Assembly: GCA_965242535.1 (NCBI GenBank)
Contig: OZ251458.1
Coordinates: 4,747,203-4,811,202 of the forward strand
Source: Candidatus Latescibacterota bacterium
GTDB lineage: Bacteria; Latescibacterota; UBA2968
Reading direction: 5' to 3'
DNA length: 64,000 nucleotides
Shown in pieces: positions 49,394 to 58,278 of the stretch. The notes beneath the pieces are model-generated. The model saw nothing but the letters and a program-made list of their open reading frames with translations, did no database searches and was not told the DNA's origin. Numbering within the stretch: position 1 is the stretch's first letter; each line of letters begins with the position of its first letter. Both the position numbers and the translations under genes were made by a program.

Positions 49394-51682
49394 TCAGATC
49401 CCAAATCCGCCGCGGCGGTGTTCGATCTTTATTTGCGGGATGTCTTTGATGTTGAGCTTAAAAAAGAAGCCCCGATTAAAGCCCGTGGGGTACCACGAAA
49501 ATCGGGCTTCCCAGCAGTGGAGGTCGCGGTAAAGCGAGAGGCTTTGCGCCGAGAGTTTGGCATCGGGCAAAATCTCCACATTGATCGCGTAGTCGATCCG
49601 CAGCATTTGAAGGGGATTGACGCCCAAATCCGCTTTGACCCACGAGGTTTTGGTCAGCGCGTCGCCCAATCGCCGCATGGCGAGGTGGTGCGAGAGGTTG
49701 AATCGCCACGGCCCGGTGCCGGAAAAATCGCTGTACAGATCGCGTTCAAAGCCGAAATCCGCGTCCGAGTAATCGCTGGTATTTGACAAACCGGACGTTT
49801 GCGTGCGCGGTTCAGCGCGACCGCCTGCAAAGCGAAAATTGGAGGTGACGCTGAGGTTTCGCAAGCGCGGGTGCAAGAGCGACCGCTCGCCCGCATCGTC
49901 GTAGAGCCCGTGCGTCATGGCGATGCGAACATCCACGCGGCGGTCGGGCTTGAGGGACGCGCGGGTGCGGAGGGCGCGCCATTTTTGTGCGGCCGCGTCA
50001 AAATCGTATCCGGTGGATATGTCGAGCGTGGCCAGGGTAAAGCGCTCAAAGTCGTCGCCGCGTTGGGTTTTGAGTTCGAGCGCATTGCCGAGATTAAAAT
50101 CGATGCTGCGCCTGGCGTCATGCCAGTTGCGATGCCCCCCAAAGCCAAACGCGCCGCCAGAGACGCTTCCGGTCTGGCTGTAATTGAAACGAATTTGGGG
50201 TTGCAACCGATGCCGAATGCCGCGCAACCGCCCGAGATGCGGTTGGAAGATGCCGTACAATGTCGTGCCCGACGCCATCGACGCGCTGTAGGACGTGCGG
50301 CGCGTGGTCGAATCCGCGTCACTGCGGATCAATTCCTCGCTGAGATTCAAACTCGGCGTGAGGTCGAGCCAGCCCATGGGGCGATGCTGGCTGTTGACCG
50401 TGAGGAGGTTTTGCAGGGAAACGCGCGCGGTGTTGGACGTCGGATCCGGGTTGCGCGTGAAGTCGTTGCCCAAGGTGCTCGAAAACCCGTAGTAAAAGGC
50501 GCGGTACCACGGGCCCGTGGCGGAGTCCTCGCCGCCAAAAATGCGGCGTCTCGGCTGCCGAAAGCCGATGCGGGGAAAGCCCTGAAAGCGATTGGTCTTT
50601 CTGCTCAGGTCGCGGTAATACGTCAGGCTGCCGTCAATGCTGCGCCCGGATTCTGTCCAGCGTTTGTCAAACGAAAAACTGGAGCGCAGTTGCTGGTTGA
50701 GATAGCGATACAAATTGTCGCTGTTGCGGCGGTCAAAGTTGGTGCTGGTGGAAAATTGCCCGCGCCCGCGGATGTTGGTCGTGGCGTTGAGGCGGTGCTG
50801 GTGTTGCAAGTTGACGCGCCAGTTGTGGGCCGTGCCAGTCCCCGAGGTGTTGCGGTCGTAGCCGAGATCGACAGAACCGCTGAACCGGTTCCGCACCGCG
50901 TACGCAAATCGCGATTCGAGCAAGAACCCCCCGCGCTCTCGAAACGTGCCCTTTAAGATGGCATCCCAATATTCGCTCGGCGCGAAATAGTAGCCGATAT
51001 TGCGGACGAAAATCCCATCGCGGTCATTGCTGCCCACCCCGGGCGTGAGCAAGCCGGATTGCCGCCCCTGTTTGACCGGAAATACGAAAAAGGGCACCCA
51101 GAAGATGGGGACGGGCCCAATGCGAAAGGTGACGGAGCGCGCAATGGCTTTGTCGTTTTGCAGGATGCGTACATTTTTGCACAAAAAGTCGTAGTGGACG
51201 TGATCGAGATCGCAAGTGCTCAACGAGAGGTCATACGCATTGAGGGCGTCTCGGCCTTCGAGCGCGATTTGGGCGCCGCGATAGTATTTGCGCTGGTGAG
51301 AGGCGCGCCCGGTTCGCACGCGGCCGCGTTCCGCTTCGAGGTCGTAGCGCATGTATTCGCCAGAGATGCGTTCCGCGCCGCGGTTGAATTGGGGCAGGCC
51401 CAGGGTTTTCGCCCCGGTGGAATCCGGTAGCCCCCAAGCCGTGACCGTGCGGGTGTTTTGATCGTACGTAATCCGCCCGGCTTCGAGCGCGATGTCGCGG
51501 TAGCGCAAGGTGGCATTGCCCACGAGTTCCACGCGCTCGTCCCCCACGCGATAGACGACCTCATCCGCGTCAAACGCGATGGAATCGCCAGGGGCGTCTG
51601 CGGGCCGTTGGCACCATCCCGGCGCGGCGCACAACGCGCACAGCGCGACGAATAACACTTTTTTTTTCCAAATAGCCGTCAT
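49394..51682 (-). CDS. lptD: LPS-assembly outer-membrane protein LptD-like (OstA N-domain + beta-barrel)
   Basis: ATG 51682 (MTAIWKKKVLFVALCALCAAPGWC signal). N-terminal FDADEVVY...LVGNATLRYRDIALEAGRITYD OstA-like beta-jellyroll. About 760 aa, C-terminus rich in alternating aromatic beta-strands. Confidence 0.65.
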   Translation of the reverse strand: MTAIWKKKVLFVALCALCAAPGWCQRPADAPGDSIAFDADEVVYRVGDERVELVGNATLRYRDIALEAGRITYDQNTRTVTAWGLPDSTGAKTLGLPQFNRGAERISGEYMRYDLEAERGRVRTGRASHQRKYYRGAQIALEGRDALNAYDLSLSTCDLDHVHYDFLCKNVRILQNDKAIARSVTFRIGPVPIFWVPFFVFPVKQGRQSGLLTPGVGSNDRDGIFVRNIGYYFAPSEYWDAILKGTFRERGGFLLESRFAYAVRNRFSGSVDLGYDRNTSGTGTAHNWRVNLQHQHRLNATTNIRGRGQFSTSTNFDRRNSDNLYRYLNQQLRSSFSFDKRWTESGRSIDGSLTYYRDLSRKTNRFQGFPRIGFRQPRRRIFGGEDSATGPWYRAFYYGFSSTLGNDFTRNPDPTSNTARVSLQNLLTVNSQHRPMGWLDLTPSLNLSEELIRSDADSTTRRTSYSASMASGTTLYGIFQPHLGRLRGIRHRLQPQIRFNYSQTGSVSGGAFGFGGHRNWHDARRSIDFNLGNALELKTQRGDDFERFTLATLDISTGYDFDAAAQKWRALRTRASLKPDRRVDVRIAMTHGLYDDAGERSLLHPRLRNLSVTSNFRFAGGRAEPRTQTSGLSNTSDYSDADFGFERDLYSDFSGTGPWRFNLSHHLAMRRLGDALTKTSWVKADLGVNPLQMLRIDYAINVEILPDAKLSAQSLSLYRDLHCWEARFSWYPTGFNRGFFFKLNIKDIPQIKIEHRRGGFGI

Positions 51683-51826
51683 CTCAAAAATATCAGTAAT
51701 CGCACGACAAAAGTAGATTTGAAATTTGAAAAAGTCAACCGCGGAAAAAGAAAGCGCGTCCCTCTGCGGCCATCGTCCCATTTTTGTTGTTGATAGATTT
51801 TGAGAGAATGGGTATCTTTTTTTGAT

Positions 51827-51912
51827 GCGGACGTGGTGGAATTGGCAGACACGCCAGATTTAGGATCTGGTGGGGAATACCCGTGGGGGTTCGAATCCCC
51901 CCGTCCGCACCA
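51827..51912 (+). tRNA. tRNA-Leu (anticodon TAG), encoded CCA
   Basis: GCGGACG acceptor stem, GGTAGAC D-loop, anticodon stem CCAGA/TCTGG with loop TTTAGGA, long variable arm, GTTCGAATCC T-loop. Confidence 0.8.
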
Positions 51913-51992
51913 AACAATTCGGCGTTTCGGCGCGCCATCCACGACAAAGGACTCCCCTCTGGGAGCTTTTTTCTTTTTTTCGTGAGGTTTAT

Positions 51993-53264
51993 GTGGTCGC
52001 ATTTCTAAGCGATGAGCAAGTGCGGGCGATTCGGGCGCGGTTTGGGTCGCCTGTCTATGTGTACGACCAGCGCGCGCTCGAGGCACAGGCCGATGCCGTG
52101 CTGAATTTTCCCAATGCGTTCGGCCTGACCGCGCGCTACGCGATGAAGGCATTGCCCAACCGAGCCGTGATTCGCATTTTGACGCAAAAGGGGTTGCACC
52201 TCGACGCGAGCAGCGGCTACGAGGTCGAGCGCGCGATGCGTGCCGGCGTGCCGGGGCCTCACATTATGCTCACGGCCCAAGAGTTGCCGGAAAATGTCGC
52301 GCCCTTGATCGAGCAAGGCGTGATTTTTAATGCGTGTTCACTCAATCAGTTGCGAACATTTGGCGAGCTTTTTCCCGGGCGATCCCTTTCTGTACGCATC
52401 AACCCGGGCATGGGATCCGGGCACAGCAACCGCACTAATGTCGGCGGGCCCGCGTCGAGTTTTGGGATTTGGCATGCGTACATCCCGGAGGTGCATCGCA
52501 TCTGCAACCAGCGCGAGTTGACCATCACCACCGTGCATACGCATATCGGGTCGGGCAGCGATCCCGAGGTGTGGGAACGGGTGGCGTTGATGGCATTGGA
52601 CATTTGCACGGGCTTTGAACACGCGACCACCTTGAGCCTCGGCGGCGGGTACAAGGTCGGCCGCGTGCCGGGCGAGGCATCCACGGATTTGCAGGTCATC
52701 GGCGGGCATGTGGCCGAGGCGTTTGAAATGACCGCGGGCAAGACGGGCCGGGCCTTGCGTTTGGAGGTGGAACCCGGCACGTATCTCGTCGCCAATGCCG
52801 GGGCCCTTGTCGCAACGGCGATAGACGTGGCGGATACGGGAGCGGAGGGATACCGCTTCGTCAAGACCGATACCGGCATGACCGAGGTCATTCGACCGAG
52901 CATGTACGGGGCGCAGCACCCCATCCATGTCGTGCCTGCCCGAGCCGAGGCGCGCGGGATGGATGAATATATCGTGGTGGGGCACTGTTGCGAAAGCGGC
53001 GATGTGCTCACGCCCGCGCCCGGCGATCCAGAGGCGTTGTTGCCGCGTCAACTCGCCGAGGCAAAGGTGGGAGACGCCGTGGTCATCGGCGGCGCAGGCG
53101 CGTATTGCGCGGGCATGTCGTCCAAAAATTACAATTCGTTTCCAGAATCGGCCGAGGTGTTGCTAGGCAATGACGGCGCGTTCCACCTGATTCGCAAGCG
53201 ACAGACCTTGGATCAGATCTTGGCGAACGAGGTGTTGCCGGATTTTTTGACCGAGGGCAGGTGA
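51993..53264 (+). CDS. PLP-dependent decarboxylase of the Orn/DAP/Arg decarboxylase family (diaminopimelate decarboxylase-like)
   Basis: Probable GTG start 51993 after a GAGG SD. N-terminal alanine-racemase-like barrel (YAMKALPN with the PLP-binding Lys) and C-terminal beta domain (EPGTYLVANAG, GAGAYC). Confidence 0.65.
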   Translation: MVAFLSDEQVRAIRARFGSPVYVYDQRALEAQADAVLNFPNAFGLTARYAMKALPNRAVIRILTQKGLHLDASSGYEVERAMRAGVPGPHIMLTAQELPENVAPLIEQGVIFNACSLNQLRTFGELFPGRSLSVRINPGMGSGHSNRTNVGGPASSFGIWHAYIPEVHRICNQRELTITTVHTHIGSGSDPEVWERVALMALDICTGFEHATTLSLGGGYKVGRVPGEASTDLQVIGGHVAEAFEMTAGKTGRALRLEVEPGTYLVANAGALVATAIDVADTGAEGYRFVKTDTGMTEVIRPSMYGAQHPIHVVPARAEARGMDEYIVVGHCCESGDVLTPAPGDPEALLPRQLAEAKVGDAVVIGGAGAYCAGMSSKNYNSFPESAEVLLGNDGAFHLIRKRQTLDQILANEVLPDFLTEGR

Positions 53265-53270
53265 TTGGCG

Positions 53271-54410
53271 ATGACTTATGACGCAATCGTATTGGGCGCG
53301 GGGATCAACGGGTGTGGCATTGCATGCGAACTCGCCGAGCGCGGGCAACGGGTGCTCGTATTGGACAAAGGGGCGATCGGCGGGGGGACGTCGTCCAAAT
53401 CGTCCCGCTTGATCCACGGGGGCTTGCGGTATTTGGAAACGATGCAATTTGGCATGGTGCGCGAGGCATTGGCAGATCGCTTCGCCCTTTTGGGCCGCTA
53501 TCCAGAACTCGTTTCGATGCGGCCCTTTTACGTGCCCATTTACCGGACGAGCCCGCGCCCGGCGTGGCGGTTGTGGACCGGGATCAAGCTCTACGACGCG
53601 CTGGCCGGGCGGCGCAATGTCTATCGGTCGAGGAAGGTGTCCCGAAAGCGATTTGCCCGCGCATTCCCCGCGATGAAGCGCGAGGGGCTCCGGGCGGTCT
53701 TGCGGTATTACGATGGCAAGACCCATGATCGGGCACTTACGCAGCGCGTGGCAGAAGATGCCCGAGCGATGGGATGCGCGTTTTGCGAACGGGTCGACGC
53801 GCGCCATGTCGCGTGGGACGAGCGCGGCTTTGCCGTATCGGTCGGCGATGAAATCTTCGCCAGTCGCATTCTGATCAATGCCACGGGGCCGTGGATCGAC
53901 GAGGTGACAGCGCGCTATGGGTTGCCCTCGCGGTTTCAAATTCGCAAAGTGAGCGGGGTTCACATTTTTGTCGATGGCCTGCTTTCGCCCGATCCCCTGT
54001 TTTTGCAGACCGCGAGCAAGCGCGTTTTTTTTGTTATTCCCGAACCGGAGCGCGATCAAACCATGATCGGCACGACCGAGCGCGAAGAGCGCGGACGGGT
54101 CGATGACGTGCGCGTGCGAGAATCCGAGGTCGATTATTTGATTCGAGAAGTGAATGCCTATCTCATCGCGGACCGCCAACTGCAACGCGCGGATATCACC
54201 GATGCCATCGCAGGCGTGCGCCCTTTGGTGGCCCAAAAAGGCGATGCCACCGATCTCTCGCGGGAATGCGAACTGGATTTGCACACGCGGGGGAACGCGC
54301 AACTGCTCAATGTATTTGGCGGCAAGCTGACCACGTACTTATCCCTATCGCGCCGCGCCGCCGATCTGCTCGGCATTCGAGAACGGGCGCGTGTGGCCCT
54401 CCGCGCATGA
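53271..54410 (+). CDS. FAD-dependent glycerol-3-phosphate dehydrogenase/oxidase family protein (short GlpD-like)
   Basis: YDAIVLGAGINGCGIACELAERG...GGTSSKSSRLIHGGLRYLE matches the GlpD N-terminus. Only 380 aa, so the C-terminal domain is absent. Confidence 0.65.
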   Translation: MTYDAIVLGAGINGCGIACELAERGQRVLVLDKGAIGGGTSSKSSRLIHGGLRYLETMQFGMVREALADRFALLGRYPELVSMRPFYVPIYRTSPRPAWRLWTGIKLYDALAGRRNVYRSRKVSRKRFARAFPAMKREGLRAVLRYYDGKTHDRALTQRVAEDARAMGCAFCERVDARHVAWDERGFAVSVGDEIFASRILINATGPWIDEVTARYGLPSRFQIRKVSGVHIFVDGLLSPDPLFLQTASKRVFFVIPEPERDQTMIGTTEREERGRVDDVRVRESEVDYLIREVNAYLIADRQLQRADITDAIAGVRPLVAQKGDATDLSRECELDLHTRGNAQLLNVFGGKLTTYLSLSRRAADLLGIRERARVALRA

Positions 54411-54417
54411 TTTCCCC

Positions 54418-54577
54418 CTTAGAAGCCATCTAAAAATTATTGGGACCTAACCCCCTAGCCCCCTTTCCTAGGAGGAAAGGGGGAATAAAGGCCCTTATTC
54501 TTGGGTTTTAATCGGCGAAAAGCGAATGTTTTTGCGACGCTCTCAATGGCGGCCCGAGTTTTTAGATGGCTTCTTAG
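54418..54577. repeat. 160-bp element bounded by perfect 19-bp inverted repeats (CTTAGAAGCCATCTAAAAA) with a nested strong hairpin (CCCCCTTTCCT-agg-AGGAAAGGGGG)
   Basis: Read directly. Sits between the glpD-like stop and the transporter gene. Confidence 0.6.
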
Positions 54578-54708
54578 TGCGCTCTGCGCCTTTGAACTAG
54601 CGTATCGCCAGTTGTACCCCACTCATGACAAATGATCTGCGTGACCGTTGGGAGCCTTCTCCTCTCCCGGCTCCCGTCTTCCCTCTCCCATCTCACTAAG
54701 GAAAAAGC

Positions 54709-56121
54709 ATGACGAAAAAATTGAACGATTTTAAGACCGCGGTTTTGCCCGAGCGCAAACTCGGATTTTGGCAGATGGCCGGGCCGGGCGCGATTTTGGT
54801 GGGGCTGTCTATCGGCGCGGGCGAGATCATCGTGTGGCCCCTGGTCGTCGCCGAATACGGCGCGAGCATGATTTGGGCCGCGGTGTTGGGCGTGTTTTTG
54901 CAGATGTGGATCAACTTCGAGGTGGGGCGCTGGACCATTGCCACGGGCGAAACGGTTTATACGGGATTTGCGCGCGTGTGGCGCGGGTTTGCTCCGCTGT
55001 TCATCGCGATCACCCTGTTCTCGTGGATCGCCCCCGGGTGGGCACGCGCTTCGGGCTTGGCCCTCAAGGCCCTGCTGGTCGGCCCGCAGGGTTGGGGATC
55101 GGACGCATTTTGGACCGCGATCACCTTTGCCGGCGTCGCGCTGATTTTGTTCGGCCCCAAGTTGATTTACAATTCGATGGAAAAAGCCGTCGAGTTGATG
55201 GTGCTGATCGTCACCGTGGGGTTGATCGCGGTCGCCTTTGCCGTGGGCACGGCAGAGACGTGGATCGAGCTCGGCAAGGGAGTCGCAAACGTGGGCTACA
55301 AAGACCCGAATATGTCGGTCAAAGCCCTGTTCATCGCCATCGTGTTTGCCGGCGCAGGGGGAACGGCGAATTTGTTTTACACCTTTTATTTGCGGGACAA
55401 ACACATCGGCATGGGCGCGCACGTGCCGATCATGCAAAATCCATTGCGGGGGCGCGCCGAGGCCATGCCATCAACGGGATTTACGTTTGAAGAAACAGCG
55501 GAAAACGCGGCGCGGTTCAAGGCGTGGTGGGATTACGTGAAGAAAGATCAGATGGTGTTTTTCTGGGGGCTCAATTCCGTGACGATGATGTTGTTCATTT
55601 TTGGGTCCCTCGCCGTGCTCCACCCCCAAGGCATCGTGCCCGCCCGCGGCACCCTGATTTGGGACGAGGCCGCGATTTTGGGCGAGGTTTGGGGCGATAT
55701 GGGGCGCGTGATTTTTCTCTTGGTGGGGTTGGCAACCCTGTTCGGCACGCAACTCGCCCTGGTCGATGGGGTCTCGCGGTCCATCGCGGACATCGTTTAT
55801 ACCAATTTTAAGGGCGCGCAAAAACGCGACTTGAGTTGGTGGTATTTGCTCGTGGCGGGAATCTGGATCGCGGCCGGATGCGCGATCACTTATGTGATGG
55901 AACAATACGGCGTGAGCGAGTTGGGCTTTTTGTTCAATGCGGCCTATATGGGCGGGTTTGCCATGGCGATTTACGTGCCCCTGATGCTGTATATCAACTG
56001 CCGCTATTTGCCCAAAACCGCCCGACCGAGCAAGGGTTGCACCGCGATGATGGCGCTCGCATCGCTGGTCTATATCGCATTCGCCATCGCCTGCGCGCTG
56101 TGGGAATTTGGGATTGGGTGA
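54709..56121 (+). CDS. NRAMP-family-like membrane transporter (homolog lacking the canonical DPGN motif)
   Basis: GPG...AEYGASMIWAAVLGVFLQMWINFEVGRWTIATGETV follows the Nramp TM1-TM2 pattern, but the metal-binding DPGN is replaced by GAGE. 11-12 predicted helices. Confidence 0.5.
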   Translation: MTKKLNDFKTAVLPERKLGFWQMAGPGAILVGLSIGAGEIIVWPLVVAEYGASMIWAAVLGVFLQMWINFEVGRWTIATGETVYTGFARVWRGFAPLFIAITLFSWIAPGWARASGLALKALLVGPQGWGSDAFWTAITFAGVALILFGPKLIYNSMEKAVELMVLIVTVGLIAVAFAVGTAETWIELGKGVANVGYKDPNMSVKALFIAIVFAGAGGTANLFYTFYLRDKHIGMGAHVPIMQNPLRGRAEAMPSTGFTFEETAENAARFKAWWDYVKKDQMVFFWGLNSVTMMLFIFGSLAVLHPQGIVPARGTLIWDEAAILGEVWGDMGRVIFLLVGLATLFGTQLALVDGVSRSIADIVYTNFKGAQKRDLSWWYLLVAGIWIAAGCAITYVMEQYGVSELGFLFNAAYMGGFAMAIYVPLMLYINCRYLPKTARPSKGCTAMMALASLVYIAFAIACALWEFGIG

Positions 56122-56193
56122 TAGACTCCAGACTCCCCGCACGGAAGCGACGGGGCGTTACGGGCGATTGGGGTAAAACTGAAACGGAAAAAG

Positions 56194-56232
56194 AAAGGGG
56201 CTTGTGATCATGTCACAAGCCCTCGTTTTTTA
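56194..56232 (+). terminator. rho-independent terminator of the transporter gene
   Basis: GGGGCTTGTGA-tcat-GTCACAAGCCC followed by TTTTTT. Confidence 0.6.
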
Positions 56233-56275
56233 TATGTCAATCATCGGTAGGGTTTTATTTTTCATTCACTCAGTC

Positions 56276-56512
56276 TCAAGCCTCGTGTTTTGCATTGTTT
56301 TTTTTGATCTCCAATGCCCGCTGAAAATCCCATCCCAAGACTGCCCAGTCATGCGCGAGTGCTTCGGCATCTGACTGAAATGGATATGGCCTATCGACAG
56401 CGGATTCGGGATCAGATTCGGGATAAGTTGGAAACAAGTTTGCCAATGTGCCGACGCCATACAAGAAATTTCTCCAAGTGGGGCACACCTGACTTCGCAG
56501 TTCAAATGACAT
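56276..56512 (-). CDS. small hypothetical protein (78 aa)
   Basis: ATG preceded by AAGGAG at 7 nt. Sits in a low-GC stretch. No recognisable family. Confidence 0.35.
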   Translation of the reverse strand: MSFELRSQVCPTWRNFLYGVGTLANLFPTYPESDPESAVDRPYPFQSDAEALAHDWAVLGWDFQRALEIKKNNAKHEA

Positions 56513-56601
56513 TTTATCTCCTTTGAAAAAAAAAGAAAGTCCATCGCGCTGTAAATATACGCGATAAATAGACTTTGAAAATAAAAAAACGCGCTTTGTT
56601 T

Positions 56602-56862
56602 TTAGAGGAGTTTCACCAGTGCGGCGACCACGATGACAGCGCCGACCATCATTAACCCGAGACGCACGAGCAAGCGCAACTCCATTTCCTTCATACCGCG
56701 TTTCAATCGCGCCTCCTGTTCTTTCAAGTCCCGTTTGGTCGCTAACTTTTCATCGATCAGCATCGCTTGAGAACGCGCTAGCACTTCGGCTTGTTCTTCC
56801 GGCATTCCGGCCCGTTTCAGTCCCTTGACAAAGGCAAGGGTATCAAAAGTGATTGTAGCCAT
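56602..56862 (-). CDS. small coiled-coil protein with C-terminal TM helix (DUF1640-like)
   Basis: ATG 56862. MATITFDTLAFVKGLKRAGMPEEQAEVLA...KRDLKEQEARLKRGMKEMELRLLVRLGLMMVGAVIVVAALVKLL. Confidence 0.5.
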   Translation of the reverse strand: MATITFDTLAFVKGLKRAGMPEEQAEVLARSQAMLIDEKLATKRDLKEQEARLKRGMKEMELRLLVRLGLMMVGAVIVVAALVKLL

Positions 56863-56944
56863 AAAAGCCCTCCATTTGATTTTATGGACCGTTCGCGGTG
56901 GGCAATATACCCAACAGTGCGTAAAGTGCCCTTTCACACATGAA

Positions 56945-56983
56945 ATAAGGGCGTGCGATCTTCATCGCACGCCCTCGTTTTTT
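56945..56983. terminator. hairpin GGGCGTGCGAT-cttc-ATCGCACGCCC with T run; likely terminator downstream of tRNA-Leu (minus strand)
   Basis: Directly read; bidirectional character. Confidence 0.5.
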
Positions 56984-57072
56984 TGGTGCCGAAGAGGGGA
57001 TTCGAACCCCTACACCCTTTCGAGTACTGCCCCCTCAAGACAGCGTGTCTACCAATTCCACCACTTCGGCAC
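56984..57072 (-). tRNA. tRNA-Leu (anticodon GAG), encoded CCA
   Basis: Reverse complement GTGCCGAAGTGGTGGAATTGGTAGACACGCTGTCTTGAGGGGGCAGT...GGTTCGAATCCCCTCTTCGGCACCA: Leu-type D-loop, anticodon loop TTGAGGG, long variable arm. Confidence 0.75.
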
Positions 57073-57077
57073 AAAAT

Positions 57078-57473
57078 TTATGGCGCGGTGTTGCCGGTAT
57101 CGGCGGGTGTCGTTTGGGTTGTGCCCTCTGCGGGCGCGGTCTCATCTTGCGGAAAGACCAAGGGCTGAGGGACTTGTTGTGCGGGCATTTGCCCCTGTTC
57201 CATCAACCGCTCGGCGGCCGTTGACGGCGCGGAATCCGTCGTGCGCCCCGCGTACCAAAGCCCAATGCAGGTCAGCGCGAAAATGATGCCCACATACGTC
57301 GTCACTTTTGCCAGGAAAGGCACGGCGCCACCGCCGCCAAACATCGTCGTGCCCCCGCCCATGCCGCCAAACGCACCGCCGGACAGGCCGCCACTTCTGC
57401 CGGGCTGCATCAAAATAGCCAAAATGAGAACCACGCAAACCAACACATGAACGACCAAAAGAAAAATTTCCAT
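57078..57473 (-). CDS. secG: preprotein translocase subunit SecG
   Basis: MEIFLLVVHVLVCVVLILAILMQPGRSGGLSGGAFGG is the conserved SecG N-terminus. Gly-rich loop and a second TM. Confidence 0.85.
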   Translation of the reverse strand: MEIFLLVVHVLVCVVLILAILMQPGRSGGLSGGAFGGMGGGTTMFGGGGAVPFLAKVTTYVGIIFALTCIGLWYAGRTTDSAPSTAAERLMEQGQMPAQQVPQPLVFPQDETAPAEGTTQTTPADTGNTAP

Positions 57474-57474
57474 A

Positions 57475-58236
57475 TCACCCTCTTACCGCTGCTTTCACAA
57501 TGGCAGCAAATGCGGCGGCATCCAGGGAAGCCCCGCCGATCAAGCCGCCGTCGATATTGTCTTGGGCAAATAACGCCGCCGCATTGTCGGGCTTCACGGA
57601 TCCGCCGTATTGAATGCGAATCGCCCGTGCGACCTCGGCGCGATAGCGTTCGGTCAACACGTTTCGGAGAAAGGCGTGGACGGCCTCTGCCCGTTCTGGC
57701 GTGGCGGTCAGGCCCGTGCCAATGGCCCACACAGGTTCGTAAGCCAGCGTAATACGCCGCACGCCATCGGTGGAAATCCCGTCGAGCGCGCCGCGCAGTT
57801 GCGCCTCGACCACGTGCTCGGTTTTGTCGGCTTGACGCTCATCCAAAGACTCGCCAAGGCACACAATCGGTTTGAGTCCAGCATGCAGGGCCGCCTTTAA
57901 GCGGCGGTTCACGGTCTCGTCTGTTTCGCCGAAAAACTGCCGGCGTTCCGAGTGACCCAATATAACGTATTCACACCCGCAAGTCAACAGCATGGGCGCG
58001 GATACCTCGCCCGTGAACGCCCCCTCGGATTCCCAATACACGTTCTGCGCGCCCAAGCCGACAGCCGTGCCGCGCACCACGCCTGCGACCCGTTCCAATG
58101 CCGTAAAGGGCGGGCAGATCGCCACCTCCACGCCGGTTATCCCGGATGCGGCATCTATCACGCATCGCGCCAAACTCTCGGCTTCATCGGGCGTTTTGTT
58201 GAGTTTCCAGTTGCCCGCCACAAATGGCGTTCGCAT
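57475..58236 (-). CDS. tpiA: triose-phosphate isomerase
   Basis: MRTPFVAGNWKLNKT, AICPPF, catalytic region GHSERR, IQYGGSV. Confidence 0.9.
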   Translation of the reverse strand: MRTPFVAGNWKLNKTPDEAESLARCVIDAASGITGVEVAICPPFTALERVAGVVRGTAVGLGAQNVYWESEGAFTGEVSAPMLLTCGCEYVILGHSERRQFFGETDETVNRRLKAALHAGLKPIVCLGESLDERQADKTEHVVEAQLRGALDGISTDGVRRITLAYEPVWAIGTGLTATPERAEAVHAFLRNVLTERYRAEVARAIRIQYGGSVKPDNAAALFAQDNIDGGLIGGASLDAAAFAAIVKAAVRG

Positions 58237-58278
58237 CGCAACATCCTTTCAAAATTTGGGATTCACCCGTCTCCAATG

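Noticed and set aside
51827-57072. The two tRNA-Leu genes as boundaries of an integrated island.
   Set aside because: Composition between them is host-like, the genes are ordinary metabolic or transport genes, and no integrase or direct repeats of the tRNA 3' end were seen.
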